This document shows positions 1 through 12,016 of a stretch of DNA of 64,000 bases, one piece after another (the stretch's first letter is position 1; each line of letters opens with the position of its first letter). Made by a program: the position numbers and the translations under genes. Origin of the DNA: Octopus bimaculoides (taxonomy: Eukaryota). The notes below the pieces were generated by a model. That model saw only the letters and a program-made list of their open reading frames with translations, was not told the DNA's origin and did not search any database. Location: the NCBI RefSeq assembly GCF_001194135.2, contig NC_069001.1:18219938-18283937 (forward strand), read 5' to 3'.

Positions 1-79
1 AGACTGAAATTGGTTGTGCCAAAACTTTTCTTGTTCAAACTAGTTTGAAATCTATTAAACCAATTTTATTTTATTTATA

Positions 80-514
80 CAGGGGTGGGCAAAAATAGGT
101 ATACAGTGGCTTAAAATGAATAGAATGTCAAGTGGCACAAGCTGGCAGAATCGTTAGCATAGCGGGCAAAATGCTTAGTGACATTTCATCAGTCTTCACA
201 TTCTGAGTTCAAATTCCACTGAGGTCGACTTCGCTTTCCCTCCCTCTCAGGGTCAATAAAATAAGTATCAGTTGAGCACTGGGGCTGATGTAATTGACTT
301 ATTCTCTCAAAATTGCTGGCCTTGTGCCAAACTTTGAAACCAATATAAGTGGAATGTTCTTTTCATTTCTCTATTAGGATAAGATTTCTATGAGTCTATG
401 TTCTTTAACAAGTTATTTCAATCTCTCAAGTGCTCAAACTGATGGCCTTTCATGTCAGTGCACTCCTGAAGTTAACATATTAAGCAACTGTATACCTGCT
501 TTTGCCCACCCCTG
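80..514. mobile_element. Tc1/mariner-type MITE with a SINE inserted inside
   Basis: 28-bp TIRs caggggtgggcaaaaataggtatacagt (80-107) and actgtatacctgcttttgcccacccctg (487-514), 2 mismatches. Flanked by TA at 78-79 and 515-516. Confidence 0.8.
134..344 (+). mobile_element. tRNA-headed SINE, family A (gctggcagaa...gagttcaaattcc head)
   Basis: A-box-like gctggcagaa, B-box-like gagttcaaattcc and a conserved body ending ggccttgtgccaaa.tttgaaacc. The same sequence recurs more than 10 times in the window. Confidence 0.75.
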
Positions 515-684
515 TATTTATTCAGCCAATTGCTTTTGCTTGTTTTTCCATCCTGGCATTGCTTAGGTGAACATATTACTGAGGCGCTGCATCATTTTAG
601 TGTTTAAATAATACCAACCTGCTGGTTAGAGCAAGCAGGCCAACATTTCCCTTGATTGGAAGGTTAATCCATTGTAGGGTTACC

Positions 685-825
685 CATTTACAGCTGAGTG
701 GACTGGAGCAACATAAAACAAAGTATTTTGCTCAAGAACACAATGCACAACTGGTCTAGGTATTGAAACCATGATCTCATGATTCTGAGTGCAACACACC
801 TAACCACTAGGTCACACACCTTCAC
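685..825 (-). mobile_element. SINE family D, partial copy
   Basis: Shares cagctgagtg.actggagca...aaagt...ttgctcaagaacacaa with the longer copy at 8209-8558. Confidence 0.6.
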
Positions 826-854
826 ACACATAGACACATATATAAATACATATA

Positions 855-1060
855 TTCTTTTATTCTTTTACTTGTTTCAGTCATTTGACTGCAGCCATGC
901 TGGAGCGTGGCCTTGAAGAGACTTAGTCAAATAAATTGACCCCAGGACTATTTTCTTAAAATCAAGTACTTATTCTATCAGTTCTTTTTGCTGAACTGCT
1001 AAGTTAGAAGGATGTACTGGTGGTCATGCAGTGATGGGAGGACAAACACAGACACAAAGG

Positions 1061-1112
<52 letters not shown>

Positions 1113-1245
1113 ATATATTTTTTTTTTTTGAGGCCTATAGCAGAAGACACTTGGCCAAGGTGCCATGCAGTAGGACTGAACCATGAACCATGTGGTTGAG
1201 AAGCATGCTTCTTACCACACAGTCATGCCTGTGCCTGTATAAAAT
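855..1245. mobile_element. Adjacent SINE-type repeats (family B tttattcttttacttgtttcagtc..., then family C reverse copy) separated by (CA)n/(TA)n
   Basis: Family B recurs near 6430-6610, 11180-11240, 15890-16100 and 34245-34420. Family C recurs near 2360, 7627, 12260, 16110, 17270 and 34440. Confidence 0.65.
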
Positions 1246-2359
1246 CATAATCCTCATAATTTAACATCCACTTTTCCATGCTTGCATAGGTCACATGCAA
1301 TTTGCTGAGGCAGATTTTGTACCATTAGATGCCTTTTCTGTTGCCAACTCTCACCTGTTTCTAAAGAAGGTAATATTTCCCGATGACCAGATATTTTCAT
1401 GGTGGGCTGGAAATGAATTTCACTTGTATTACAATGATGGTTATTTACAACTATCACATGATGTCAAGACAAGAGTATACACAAACACACATATATATGA
1501 TGGGCTTCTTTCAGTTTCCATCAACCACACCCACATCCAAGATTTCACCCAATCCAGTGCCACAGTAGAAGATACTTGCACAAGGTGGAACAGAGTGGCA
1601 TTGAACTCAAAACCACATGGGTGTGAACAAAACTTCTTAACCACACAACCAAGTCTGTACTGCTATCATCATCATCCTTTAATGTCTGTTTTCTATTCGG
1701 GCATGGGTTGGTCTGTTTGAATGAAACTGGCAAGCTAGGAAGTTGCACCAGGTTCCGGTCTGATTTGGCTGAATTTCCATGGCTGGATGCCCTTTCTAAT
1801 GCTAACCATTTTACACATGTGTTAGGTGCTTTTAGTGTGCCACAGGCATGAGTGTTGTTACATGGCACTGGCAAGAGTACTCTCAATGTGATACTGACAC
1901 AAGTACTTTTTACATGGCACTGACTCTAGCAGGCCAATCCTCTTCGGCTGTGGAAAATGGATTTTCTTGAGTGTATCAAAAGATATTTGTATTAACAGTC
2001 ATTACTAATTAGTTATTTAATTTCTGGATGTCGTTAGGCTTTAATATTTGAAAATTTCCCTGAGTTAGTTGAAACAGTCAGCAGTCTTGTGATTAAAGAG
2101 AACAATAGTGGTATTGAGTTCTGAAATGGCTTCCAGCTGTAAATGTAAACAAAGACAATAGCACTAGAATAATTCAAATGATCTTAGTAACAACAGAAAG
2201 ATTTATGGGATTATAGTTAAAGAGAGAATAGCAAGTGGTTGGGAGAGGTGAGAAGATAGTAGCACATATTTGAAAATGTCTCTCTCTCTCTCTCTCTCTT
2301 TCTGTTTCATTGTATTCTCTCTATGATTGCACTGCATTTAAATTTTAAGGTAAGCACAG

Positions 2360-2515
2360 CAGGTATGGCTGAGTGGTTAAGACATTTGCTTCCCAACCAC
2401 ATGGCTTCAGGTTCAGTCCACTGTATGCGTCTTCAGCAAGTGTCTACTAGTATAGCTCTGGGTTGACCAAAGCCTTGTGAGTGGATTCAGTAGACAGAAA
2501 CCACAAGAAACCCTT
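2360..2515 (+). mobile_element. tRNA-headed SINE, family C
   Basis: A-box tggctgagtggtt and B-box-like ggttcagtcc, followed by the body ...aaagccttgtgagtggatt..gtagacagaaac shared with many reverse copies. Confidence 0.65.
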
Positions 2516-2524
2516 TATATTTAT

Positions 2525-2945
2525 AGCTTTTGCAAAGTCAAGGCATATTACGTCTACATTTGAGTTGTTGAGTAACTGCCTCAACACCCAGTCATAGTGC
2601 TGTAAGAGCTAGGTCAGGCAGCTCCTACTTGGTCAAATGCCATGCTGGGTTTCACTCAGTAAGTTGTTTTCTTCAAGGATGGGGATTAGTTTACCTCTGA
2701 CTATCTGTTCCATGACTTTGCTGTTGTGTAATGTCAGAGTGATAGGCCTATAGTTTTCGGCATCTGCTCTGCTTCCTCCTTTATGGATTAGGCATATTAT
2801 TCCCTCCTTCAGTTTGCTTGGCAGCCTGCCATTTGCAAGAAAGCTCTGGAAGAGAATCTGTAATGGTTTCTCCAGGGCATGTTTTTATGATTTGAGGAAG
2901 ATTGCTGGGAAACCATCTGGACCAGTAGTTGTTTCATTTATCCCA
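2525..2945 (-). pseudogene. CR1-clade LINE reverse transcriptase fragment (decayed)
   Basis: Hand translation of the minus strand gives TTGPDGFPAIFL...IHKGGSRADAENYRPITL...LEENNLLSETQHG...SRSCLT.LLQHYDWVLRQLLNNSNVDVICLDFAKA, with stops. Homologous to 4530-4830 on the + strand. Confidence 0.8.
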
Positions 2946-3189
2946 GTCTTTGGGAAGTGGGTCAGGGGAAAACTTTAATGAACACCTCTTGTATAGGTGT
3001 GAATGTCTGTACACAGTATACATATATGGATATGCTAATCTCGACTTCAACTTGGTGTCCTTATTAAAATACCTTGGTTCAAATGAATCCTGCAACTGAC
3101 CTGGCTACATCAATCTCACAGATAAGACTATCCACAATACACAAGACCACCACAGCAAATAGACCCAAGGTGGACACCACTGGCAACAA

Positions 3190-4830
3190 CACAGACATCA
3201 CATTGGTGCTCTTACTGAACATCAGAAGACTGTTAACACTTAGTAACAGGACAAAAATTCCTTTCCCTGAGAGACCTTGTTGCATGCAATCAAGCCTTAT
3301 GCATAACACTTATGGAAACACATCTGAAATCAGATATAGCAAATGCAGAAATACACATACCACAGTATATTGTATTATGGACCAATAGAAAAGAAAGAAG
3401 TCATGGTAGAGTTGCTATGTACATCCGTGAAGACCTCACACCCCAGGTCCTTTTGTCACACTCATATTCAGTATGTGACGCACTAATTGAACATATAAGA
3501 CAACTCAATGTAGTTATATGTGCTACATATCGCCCTCCAGATGCTCCAAATCATGTAGGCAAGTTTGAAGACTGCCTTACAAAAATAGAAGTTCTGGTTA
3601 CATTAGAACAACACATAAGTGTACTTCTTATGGGAGACTTCAATCTGCCCAATGTCAGATGGCCCGAGGGCCTTTCTCTCCCAGGAATGACGCGATACGA
3701 ATAAGGACAGGTGAATTCCCTCCTGAACCTTGCCAACACTTTGTACATGGAACAAATAGTACTCCAACCAACCAGGGCAGGTAACATACTGGATCTCTGC
3801 TTCACAAATAATATGGATCTCATCCATAATGTGAAAGTGACACCGATGCTACTCTCGGATCACAACATGGTAGAGCTGACCATATACGGACCAAAGGAAA
3901 CCATGGACATGCAGCCTATAAGAAACTCTCAAAATCTTTCCAGCTTGAACTTCCATAGGAAACTGGAAACAAATTGAGAAAGATCCTCAAACAAAACTGG
4001 CCTAAATATCTCTCCTCACTGGACATCGACATGAAACTTCAACAATTCATGTCTGTAATGCAAGAGAGAGAAAGGCCACAGTGCACAAGAACAAAATCTC
4101 CAGGGAGAGGAAAATTCTTATGAGCTGGCGTACAAAAGTTTCAAATCACCTAAACAAACAAATTGAAAGTAGTGAAAAGTCCCGCATGAAAATACAACTG
4201 CTGGAGATTGAAAAAAATCTGCAACTCTCCCATGAACAAACAAAGAAGCCTGGGCTATAGACAATATAAAATCTAACCCCAGAGCCTTCTACAAGTTTGC
4301 CAGAGAAACAACTTCAGTGCACTACAAGATAGGGCCACTTCTTGAAAAAGATGGTTCACTCACAGGAAACCCAATGAGGATAAATGAAATACTAAATGAG
4401 CAATTCAAAAGTGTTTTCACTCCACTGACTTTTTTGTTACTGCTGCAGATATAAAAACAGAGGCATTGATGATTGATTACATCAACATAAAAGAAGACGA
4501 TGTAATAAGGGCTATAAATGAAGAGAACCCAAACTCAGCTACTGGCCCTGATGGATTCCCAGCAATCCTTCTAAAAGCACATGCATAAGCGAGTCCTAGC
4601 AAGACCACTGCAATCCCTCTTTCAGAGCTTCCTTGCAACTGGCAAACTTCAAAGCAAGCTGAAGGAGGGTAAAATATACCCTATTCATAAAGGAGGTAGC
4701 AAAGCGGAGGCCAAGAACTACAGGCCTATCTCTTTGACCTCGCACATCAGCAAAGTCATAGAATGAATAGTCAGAAGAAAACTAATTACCTTCCCTGAGG
4801 AAAATGACTTGCTGACTGACATTCAACATG
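3190..4830 (+). pseudogene. CR1-clade LINE ORF2 remnant: APE endonuclease plus start of RT
   Basis: APE motifs LLLNIR, METHL, GRVAMYI, YRPP, MGDFNLP, NILDLCFTN, LSDHNMV, then RT-proximal IYPIHKGGSKAEAKNYRPISLTSHISKVIE. Broken across ORFs 3312, 3711 and 4581, and ends in (TA)n. Confidence 0.9.
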
Positions 4831-4839
4831 GTTTTAAAG

Positions 4840-4888
<49 letters not shown>

Positions 4889-6641
4889 GTGTGTATGAAT
4901 ATATATATGTGTATATATGTGTGTGTGTTTATATATATATTTATATATATATATATATATACTCTTTACCTGTTTCNNNNNNNNNNNNNNNNNNNNNNNN
5001 NNNNNNNNNNNNNNNNNNNNNNNNNNNNNNNNNNNNNNNNNNNNNNNNNNNNNNNNNNNNNNNNNNNNNNNNNNNNNNNNNNNNNNNNNNNNNNNNNNNN
5101 NNNNNNNNNNNNNNNNNNNNNNNNNNNNNNNNNNNNNNNNNNNNNNNNNNNNNNNNNNNNNNNNNNNNNNNNNNNNNNNNNNNNNNNNNNNNNNNNNNNN
5201 NNNNNNNNNNNNNNNNNNNNNNNNNNNNNNNNNNNNNNNNNNNNNNNNNNNNNNNNNNNNNNNNNNNNNNNNNNNNNNNNNNNNNNNNNNNNNNNNNNNN
5301 NNNNNNNNNNNNNNNNNNNNNNNNNNNNNNNNNNNNNNNNNNNNNNNNNNNNNNNNNNNNNNNNNNNNNNNNNNNNNNNNNNNNNNNNNNNNNNNNNNNN
5401 NNNNNNNNNNNNNNNNNNNNNNNNNNNNNNNNNNNNNNNNNNNNNNNNNNNNNNNNNNNNNNNNNNNNNNNNNNNNNNNNNNNNNNNNNNNNNNNNNNNN
5501 NNNNNNNNNNNNNNNNNNNNNNNNNNNNNNNNNNNNNNNNNNNNNNNNNNNNNNNNNNNNNNNNNNNNNNNNNNNNNNNNNNNNNNNNNNNNNNNNNNNN
5601 NNNNNNNNNNNNNNNNNNNNNNNNNNNNNNNNNNNNNNNNNNNNNNNNNNNNNNNNNNNNNNNNNNNNNNNNNNNNNNNNNNNNNNNNNNNNNNNNNNNN
5701 NNNNNNNNNNNNNNNNNNNNNNNNNNNNNNNNNNNNNNNNNNNNNNNNNNNNNNNNNNNNNNNNNNNNNNNNNNNNNNNNNNNNNNNNNNNNNNNNNNNN
5801 NNNNNNNNNNNNNNNNNNNNNNNNNNNNNNNNNNNNNNNNNNNNNNNNNNNNNNNNNNNNNNNNNNNNNNNNNNNNNNNNNNNNNNNNNNNNNNNNNNNN
5901 NNNNNNNNNNNNNNNNNNNNNNNNNNNNATATATATATATATATATATGTATGTATGTGTGTGTATGAATATATATATGTGTATATATGTGTGTGTGTTT
6001 ATATATATATTTATATATATATATATACACAAATTCATATACATACATATACACACACACACATATTTACGCAGATAATATGTATACATATATATGTGCA
6101 TATGTGTGTATCTATATGTGTGCACTTTGTGTATTATCTCCACACCTTAATTAAAAATAGCTCGTTAATAAATACTGACCAAGGAAATTCTTTTGGATTT
6201 TTTTTTATTGTTTCATATTTGTTTTACATCCATTTCTGCATACCTGTTATAAGCAGGCAGGGCGGAGGTGTTTGTTAGAAATAGATGACTTTTCAATTGA
6301 TGTCCATTCAACCATGAAGGTGGGAATAGACCTGAGAAGTAGAACTTGTTTATTTATGTAGTCCATCAGTCCGTAGGAGGGATCAACAAATACTTCTTGT
6401 AATAGCTTTTAGCTTTCATTTATGTCAGTCACTGATCATTGAAATGTGGTTGTACTGCAGCACTGCTTGAGAAGGTTTTAGTCAAACAGATCAACCCAGA
6501 ACATATCTGTCTACCGGTCTCTTTTGCTGAACTACTAAGCTATGGAGGACATAAACAAACTGTCATTGGTTGTTAAGCAATGGGGTGGAGTGAGATAAGC
6601 ACATAATCAAAGAGACACACAAACATACATACATATATATC

Positions 6642-6852
6642 CTTTTCTACTCTAGGCACAAGGCCCTAAATTTTGGGGAGGGGGCCAGTTGATTAAATTG
6701 ACCCCAGTATGTAACTGGTAATTAATTTATCGACCCCAAAAGGATGAAAGGCAAAGTCAACCTAGGTGGAATTTGAACTCAAAACGTAAAGACAGACAAA
6801 ATACCGCTAAGCATTTTGCCAGGCGTGCTAACCACTCTGCCAGCTTGCTGCC
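6642..6852 (-). mobile_element. SINE family A copy
   Basis: Reverse complement matches the 134-344 and 13378-13608 copies. Confidence 0.75.
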
Positions 6853-6863
6853 TTTATATATAT

Positions 6864-7055
6864 CATCATCATCATCGTTTAACGTCCGCTTTCCATGCTA
6901 GCATGGGTTGGACGATTTGACTGAGGACTGACAAGCCAGAAGGCTGCACCAGGCTCCAATCTGATCTGGCAGAGTTTCTACAGCTGGATGCCCTTCCTAA
7001 CGCCAACCACTCCGAGAGTGTAGTGGGTGCTTTTAAGTGCCACCGGCACGAGGCC
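6864..7055 (-). mobile_element. RTE-type LINE 3' tail with (GAT)n end
   Basis: (cat)n-cgtttaacgtccgctttccatgctagcatgggttgg block. The same block is joined to RTE coding sequence at 31581-32250. Confidence 0.7.
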
Positions 7056-7380
7056 CCCCCCCCTACACAGACCTTAGGTTTCTGGGTGGTTACCCATCCT
7101 CAGTGTGAGATAATCACAAGCTAGTGCCAAGAGCTCTCTCCACTTCTCAATGCTATATATTCTATAAGTGATGCTTATAATCATTACTGTTCGGCACTGT
7201 TACTGTATATATCTCACTCAGAGATTGAAAACAAATAATAAATTTGTACTCCACAAAAGTATAGAGTAGTAACCTATCAGATTAACATAGTTATAAATTA
7301 TTCTTATTATAACTGAACATAAAAACAAACATTAGTACACACACACACACACACACACACATATATGTGTGTGTGTGTAA

Positions 7381-7593
7381 AGGTGGTGAGCAAGCAGAAT
7401 CTTTAGCATGCCGAGTGAAATGGTTAATGGTATTTTGTCTGTCTTGGCATTCTAAGTTCAAATTCCACCAAGGTCAACTTTGCCTTTAATCCTTTCAGGA
7501 ATGATAAAATAAGTAGCAGTTGAAGCCGGGGTTGGTGTAATCAACTTATCCCTCCCCCAAAATTGCAGGCCTTGTGCCAAAATTTGAAATCGA
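7381..7593 (+). mobile_element. SINE family A copy
   Basis: Head, aagttcaaattcc B-box-like motif and ggccttgtgccaaaatttgaaa end. Confidence 0.7.
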
Positions 7594-7626
7594 TACACAC
7601 ATGCACACACACACACACATTATGTG

Positions 7627-7770
7627 ATGGGCTTCCACACAATTTCCACCTCCCAATTTCACTCACAAAGTATTGGTCAGCCTAGACTATAGTAGCAGAC
7701 ATTCAGACAAGGCGCCTTGCAGTGAGACTACATGGCTGCAAAGCAAGCTTCCCAACCACAGTCATGACTG
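7627..7770 (-). mobile_element. SINE family C copy
   Basis: Matches the family C copies at 16110-16260 and 34440-34600. Confidence 0.6.
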
Positions 7771-8208
7771 TTCACATTTGTTTTCATCTGTTTTTTTTTG
7801 GGGGGGGGGGTGATTTTTTTACATTTACTCATGGTCCACTAAATATTTTCATGTCTCTCACCATTTCCATCACCAGAAAAGATTGTGTAAACAAAAATAA
7901 ACAAATTATAGCATAAAATATATTAAATATAAAGATGGTGACTTGCATATTTATTCTTTATACATTCTTACAGAGTCAAATGTCAAATGTGAAATATGCT
8001 GCTCGCTATTGTGTAAATCACAAGAAAAACATCTCCCTTTTCCAATGACAGTATATTCATAAGACTCAGTTCACTAGTCTTTCAACATGTGTTGCATCAG
8101 CCAGAATCCCTTGCACCAATGAGCTGAATGTGTTATGAATACATTGTCGTCATAAAAACAAGTTGTTTTTCTATGATATACACAGCAGCAATTAACATAT
8201 TTTGCATT

Positions 8209-8558
8209 TGTATCTGATACCGAGACCCCCTTGGGTCATGACTGACCATGGGATTGCACCCAGAAAGTTACCCTCCGAGGCACAAGTCTGGGCAAGGTTG
8301 TTTTATGGAAGACCAGCAGTCACCCATGCATACCAGCTTCCTCTCTCCATGCCACTGATGTCATCCAAGGGAAAGGCAAAGGCCGATACAGCTTGGCACT
8401 AGTAACATTGCAACTCATTTCTGCAGCTGAGTGAACTGGAGCGATGTGAAATAAAGTGTCTTACTCAAGAACACAACACGCAGCCCGGTCCGAGATTTGA
8501 ACTCACAACCCCACGATCGTAAGCTCGACACTCTAACCACTGAGCCATGTGCCTTCAC
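8209..8558 (-). mobile_element. tRNA-headed SINE, family D, near full length
   Basis: Minus strand starts gtgaaggcacatggctcagtggttagagtgtcgagc...gtgagttcaaatctcgga (A and B boxes). A + strand copy lies at 28561-28855. Confidence 0.75.
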
Positions 8559-9311
8559 TTGTATCTATCAGAACAATAATTAAATATACAAGTCATCATT
8601 TCAGATGATAAATTTGATAAATTTGATAAATTTGAAGAATTTTTAGAAAATGTCTGAAGACACAGAGAATATCTCACTGACCAGCCTGTGGTTGGACCCT
8701 AGTAAAAAGCAATGAGAGTAATGGATCTTGCTCAAGTAGGTGCAAAAACAACAATGATGATAATAAGATTTGAACTGGTAACCATGTGACTATCAATCCA
8801 TGACTTTGTACCTCACAGCCAATATATCTAGCACATAGTTTGATATTACTCCTAAACTATTTTTTGTACATCCATACATACACACACACACTCATCATAT
8901 ACATACAAATATTAAACATGTACATTCAAATACGTACACATATTATATACATGCAAATCTATACACATCATATACATGCAAATGCATACACACACAATCA
9001 TTTGGGTTTTCTTTTTTTACATTATTGTCATTGGTTGGACAGGTTTCACTCCCTGTACAGATCTTTTGTCATCTGGCAGACACAGAAACAAAGAAATCAG
9101 CCTGTCTTTGTTGCTGCAGATGTCACCATTTCATGACAGTTTCCTATTCTGGCATAGATTGAACAATTGTTACAACCTGATTCTGTACTTACTCACCCTC
9201 CAATAAAGCTACCCGAGACCATATCTTTCCTATACATTTGACATGGTTTCTATGGTTGGACACTTTTCCTGACACCAACCACTTAGCATAGTATTACTAA
9301 GCACATTTTAA

Positions 9312-9740
9312 CCTTTTTGTTACTATATTTCCATTGTTTCGATTAATTCTGAAAATAATTTATTAAAATAACTCATTATTAAGTTAGTATTTAGAACAAA
9401 ATTTGGTTTCAAATTTTGACACAAGGCCTGAAACTCTGGGTGAGCGGTAAGTCAATTACATCGACCCCCATGCTCAACTGGTTCTTAACCCTGAAAAGAT
9501 GGAAAGCAAAGTCAACCTTGGCAGAATTTGAACTCAGAATGTGAAATATTTGAAAAGCTGCTAAGCATTTTACCTGGCGTACTAACCATTCTACCAGCTT
9601 GTCACCTGACATTTAGAACATCAATTGACATGAAATTTTTATAGAAAGAAGTGTTAATTTAGATCACTTTAAAACAGGAAATTTATATCATAGAACCAGG
9701 AGCAATCTAAGGTGAGTTGGCATCTAAAAGTGTAAAAGGG
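9312..9740. mobile_element. piggyBac-like MITE interrupted by a family A SINE
   Basis: Starts ttaa|cctttttgttac and ends gtaaaaggg. A second partial copy lies at ~9840-10030. Confidence 0.5.
9399..9610 (-). mobile_element. SINE family A copy with 10-bp TSD
   Basis: Exact direct repeat atttagaaca at 9389-9398 and 9611-9620. Confidence 0.85.
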
Positions 9741-10029
9741 TTTGTAAATTGGGAGACAAGGAACCAGGTGTGGTTCAGATGTATACCATTCTGTAAAAAG
9801 CAGAGTAGGATCCACTTTGCAACTTAAACTAGCCCCTCGTCATCATATTTCTGTCAGAATACACTGATTTTGTTTCAATTAATTTTGAAGATGACAAAAA
9901 AATTTAGTAAAATAACTTTGCCATTATTGAGTGGTGTTTGGAAATTTTGATGGAAGAAAGTTTTTAATTTAGATCACTTTAAAAGAGGAAGTTTATATTA
10001 GAGAACTGGGGCAGTCTCAAGCAGTTGGT

Positions 10030-10300
10030 ATCCATCCATCTACTTCACCCACTAATCATGGGGAGTACAACCCTCAGGCGATGCTTCAATAGGGTCCTAT
10101 CAGAAGCAACCATCATTACACTTTCATACTGGATTCCCAAATGCGACCAATGGATACTACAAATATTATGCAACCATCTTGTTCTTGGTCTACCCCTAGG
10201 TCTCCTGCTAGTTGGCTTGGCTTAAAGAATTCATATTGTGATTCTTTCCTGAAACATTCTAACCACATGTCTATAGTACTAGAGCTCTCTCAATGGTTTT
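10030..10300 (-). pseudogene. RTE-type LINE C-terminal fragment
   Basis: Minus translation ..HVVRMFQERIT..AKPTSRRPRGRPRTRWLHNI...LGIQYE...VASDR.., typical of RTE ORF ends. Confidence 0.6.
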
Positions 10301-11258
10301 AGAGATACCAACATACACCTGACAAAACTAAAGAGTTCTCTCAACCACATGTCATCTTTCTCTTCATTCACTGAAGACCTTACAGACTATATAGGTGCAT
10401 TCTATCCATGGCACCCGCATTAGATAGGTTGTCATATCCTCAACAGAAAAAGACTAAAGAATCTTAACACTATCACATCTCCACTTATTCATTGACCATT
10501 TTATAAACTGGACTGGGTATGTTTTATCATGGCTCCAGCACTTGTGAAGTTGGCTTGTATCCTTCAAAGCTAAAAGAATCTTGGCTATTTTACATTGTCT
10601 CACATTGTCTCCATTTGTCAAAACTAATGCAACCAAGAGCAGGTGGAGAAGTAGAAAAGAGAGAAGAATGGGAGACAGGGAGAGAGAGAGAGGGGAAATA
10701 GAGAGAGAAAAGAGAGACAGAGGGAAAGCAATAACAAATGAACCAGAGTGAGAAAATGAAAGAGATAAAGTTAGGTTTTTTTGTTTCTTTTTAACTAAGC
10801 TCTCCAATATGACCAAAGTATAAAGTTTTATCTAACATTTTACTTTGACCCCCTCCCCCACCAACTGTACAACAAATAAATAGGAACATCTCATACCACA
10901 TCAAAAGAGAAAAAGAAAGATAAAATTAATAATAAAAGTCTTTTTTCAGTAAATGTCTCAGATATTGTCATATCCCAGTAATTACCACAATGAAACTTAA
11001 TTTGTAACTGAAATTTTATAATTCAATCTAAATAATAAAATAAGTAACCAATAATATCTATATCATTATCATCATCATTATATAATTACTAAAATTAATT
11101 TCTAGTAAACTTTTTTAATTATAAAATAAAATTAAATTAACAATGTAGATTATCATGTAATTAATATGTATTTTTTGCTTTTACTTGTTTCAGTTGTCAT
11201 TGGACTGCACCCCCATGCTGGAGTACCACCTTGAAGGGTTTAATCCTGTAACACTTAA

Positions 11259-11478
11259 CTCTTTAGCATTTAAACTGGCCCTACCCAGCCCAAATATTCT
11301 ACAAGTTTTATGATCAAATTAGTCAGACCTGGCCTTCCACAACTATCCTACAATGTCATTCTCAAAATATATAACCACATCATCAAAATCTCAAAGCTAC
11401 AAGGTAATGCATGATTAATTTAAAACAATGTGAATAAATATGCATCACATTTAACAAAGTAACCTGAATGCTAAAAGG
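11259..11478. mobile_element. piggyBac-like MITE
   Basis: TTAA (11255-58) + ctctttagcatt ... aatgctaaaagg + TTAA (11479-82). A second copy (~11490-12154, ending aatgttaaaggg|ttaa) is split by the palindromic insertion. Confidence 0.7.
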
Positions 11479-11679
11479 TTAAACAAGCCATACCAGGCCC
11501 AAATATTGTACTTGTTTTATGTTCAAACTGTCCTGGTCTGGCTTTGCATACCTACCCTACATTGTCATTCTAAAAATAATCATATCGTCAAAATTTTAAT
11601 GCTACAAGGTAATGCAAGATTAATTCCAAAGGACATCATTTACCTTTGACGGATATTTGTCCTCATCTTGTTTGTTGTT

Positions 11680-11722
11680 AACACGTTTTGGTTGATATAC
11701 TCTCCAGCCTTCATCAGGTGTC
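11680..11722 (-). ncRNA. Hammerhead-like motif, inverted-arm copy (degenerate)
   Basis: Minus strand reads GACAC CTGATGA aGGCTG gagagtatat CAACC aAAA c GTGTT. Confidence 0.55.
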
Positions 11723-11973
11723 CTGGGGAAATTTCGAACCTGGGTTCTCATTCCTAAGGCATTTTTCGATGTTGTTTTTATTATTATTATTATTATTATT
11801 CAGGTCACTGCCTGGTATCGAACTCGGAATCTTGGGGCATATGGTGTAGTGATTAAGAGCGCAGGCTACTAACCCCAAGATTCCGAGTTTGATTCCAGGC
11901 AGTGACCTGAATAATAATAATAATAATAATCATATCAAAAAATACCTTAGGAATAGGTTCAAAATTTCTCCAA

Positions 11974-12016
11974 GACACCTGATGAAGGCTGGAGGGTATA
12001 TCAGCCAAAATGTGTT
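11974..12016 (+). ncRNA. Minimal type I hammerhead ribozyme-like motif (degenerate)
   Basis: GACAC (stem I) CTGATGA a GGCTG-gagggtatat-CAGCC (stem II) aAAA t GTGTT. Canonical GAAA reads AAAA and stem III is eroded. Confidence 0.6.

Noticed and set aside
1295-1720. 141-aa ORF, among the longest gap-free + strand ORFs
   Set aside because: Built from dispersed repeats (same sequence near 17030-17300) with no recognisable domain.
4828-6278. Long ORFs of 350-450 aa (also at 37789-38957, 41276-41993, 48873-49633, 31180-31621 and 59411-59816)
   Set aside because: They are open only because they run through N-gaps and TA/CA microsatellites.
8480-8558. tRNA-like sequences (also 11835-11905 and SINE heads elsewhere)
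   Set aside because: A and B boxes are present, but there is no pairing acceptor stem and each continues into a repeat body, so these are SINE heads and not tRNA genes.
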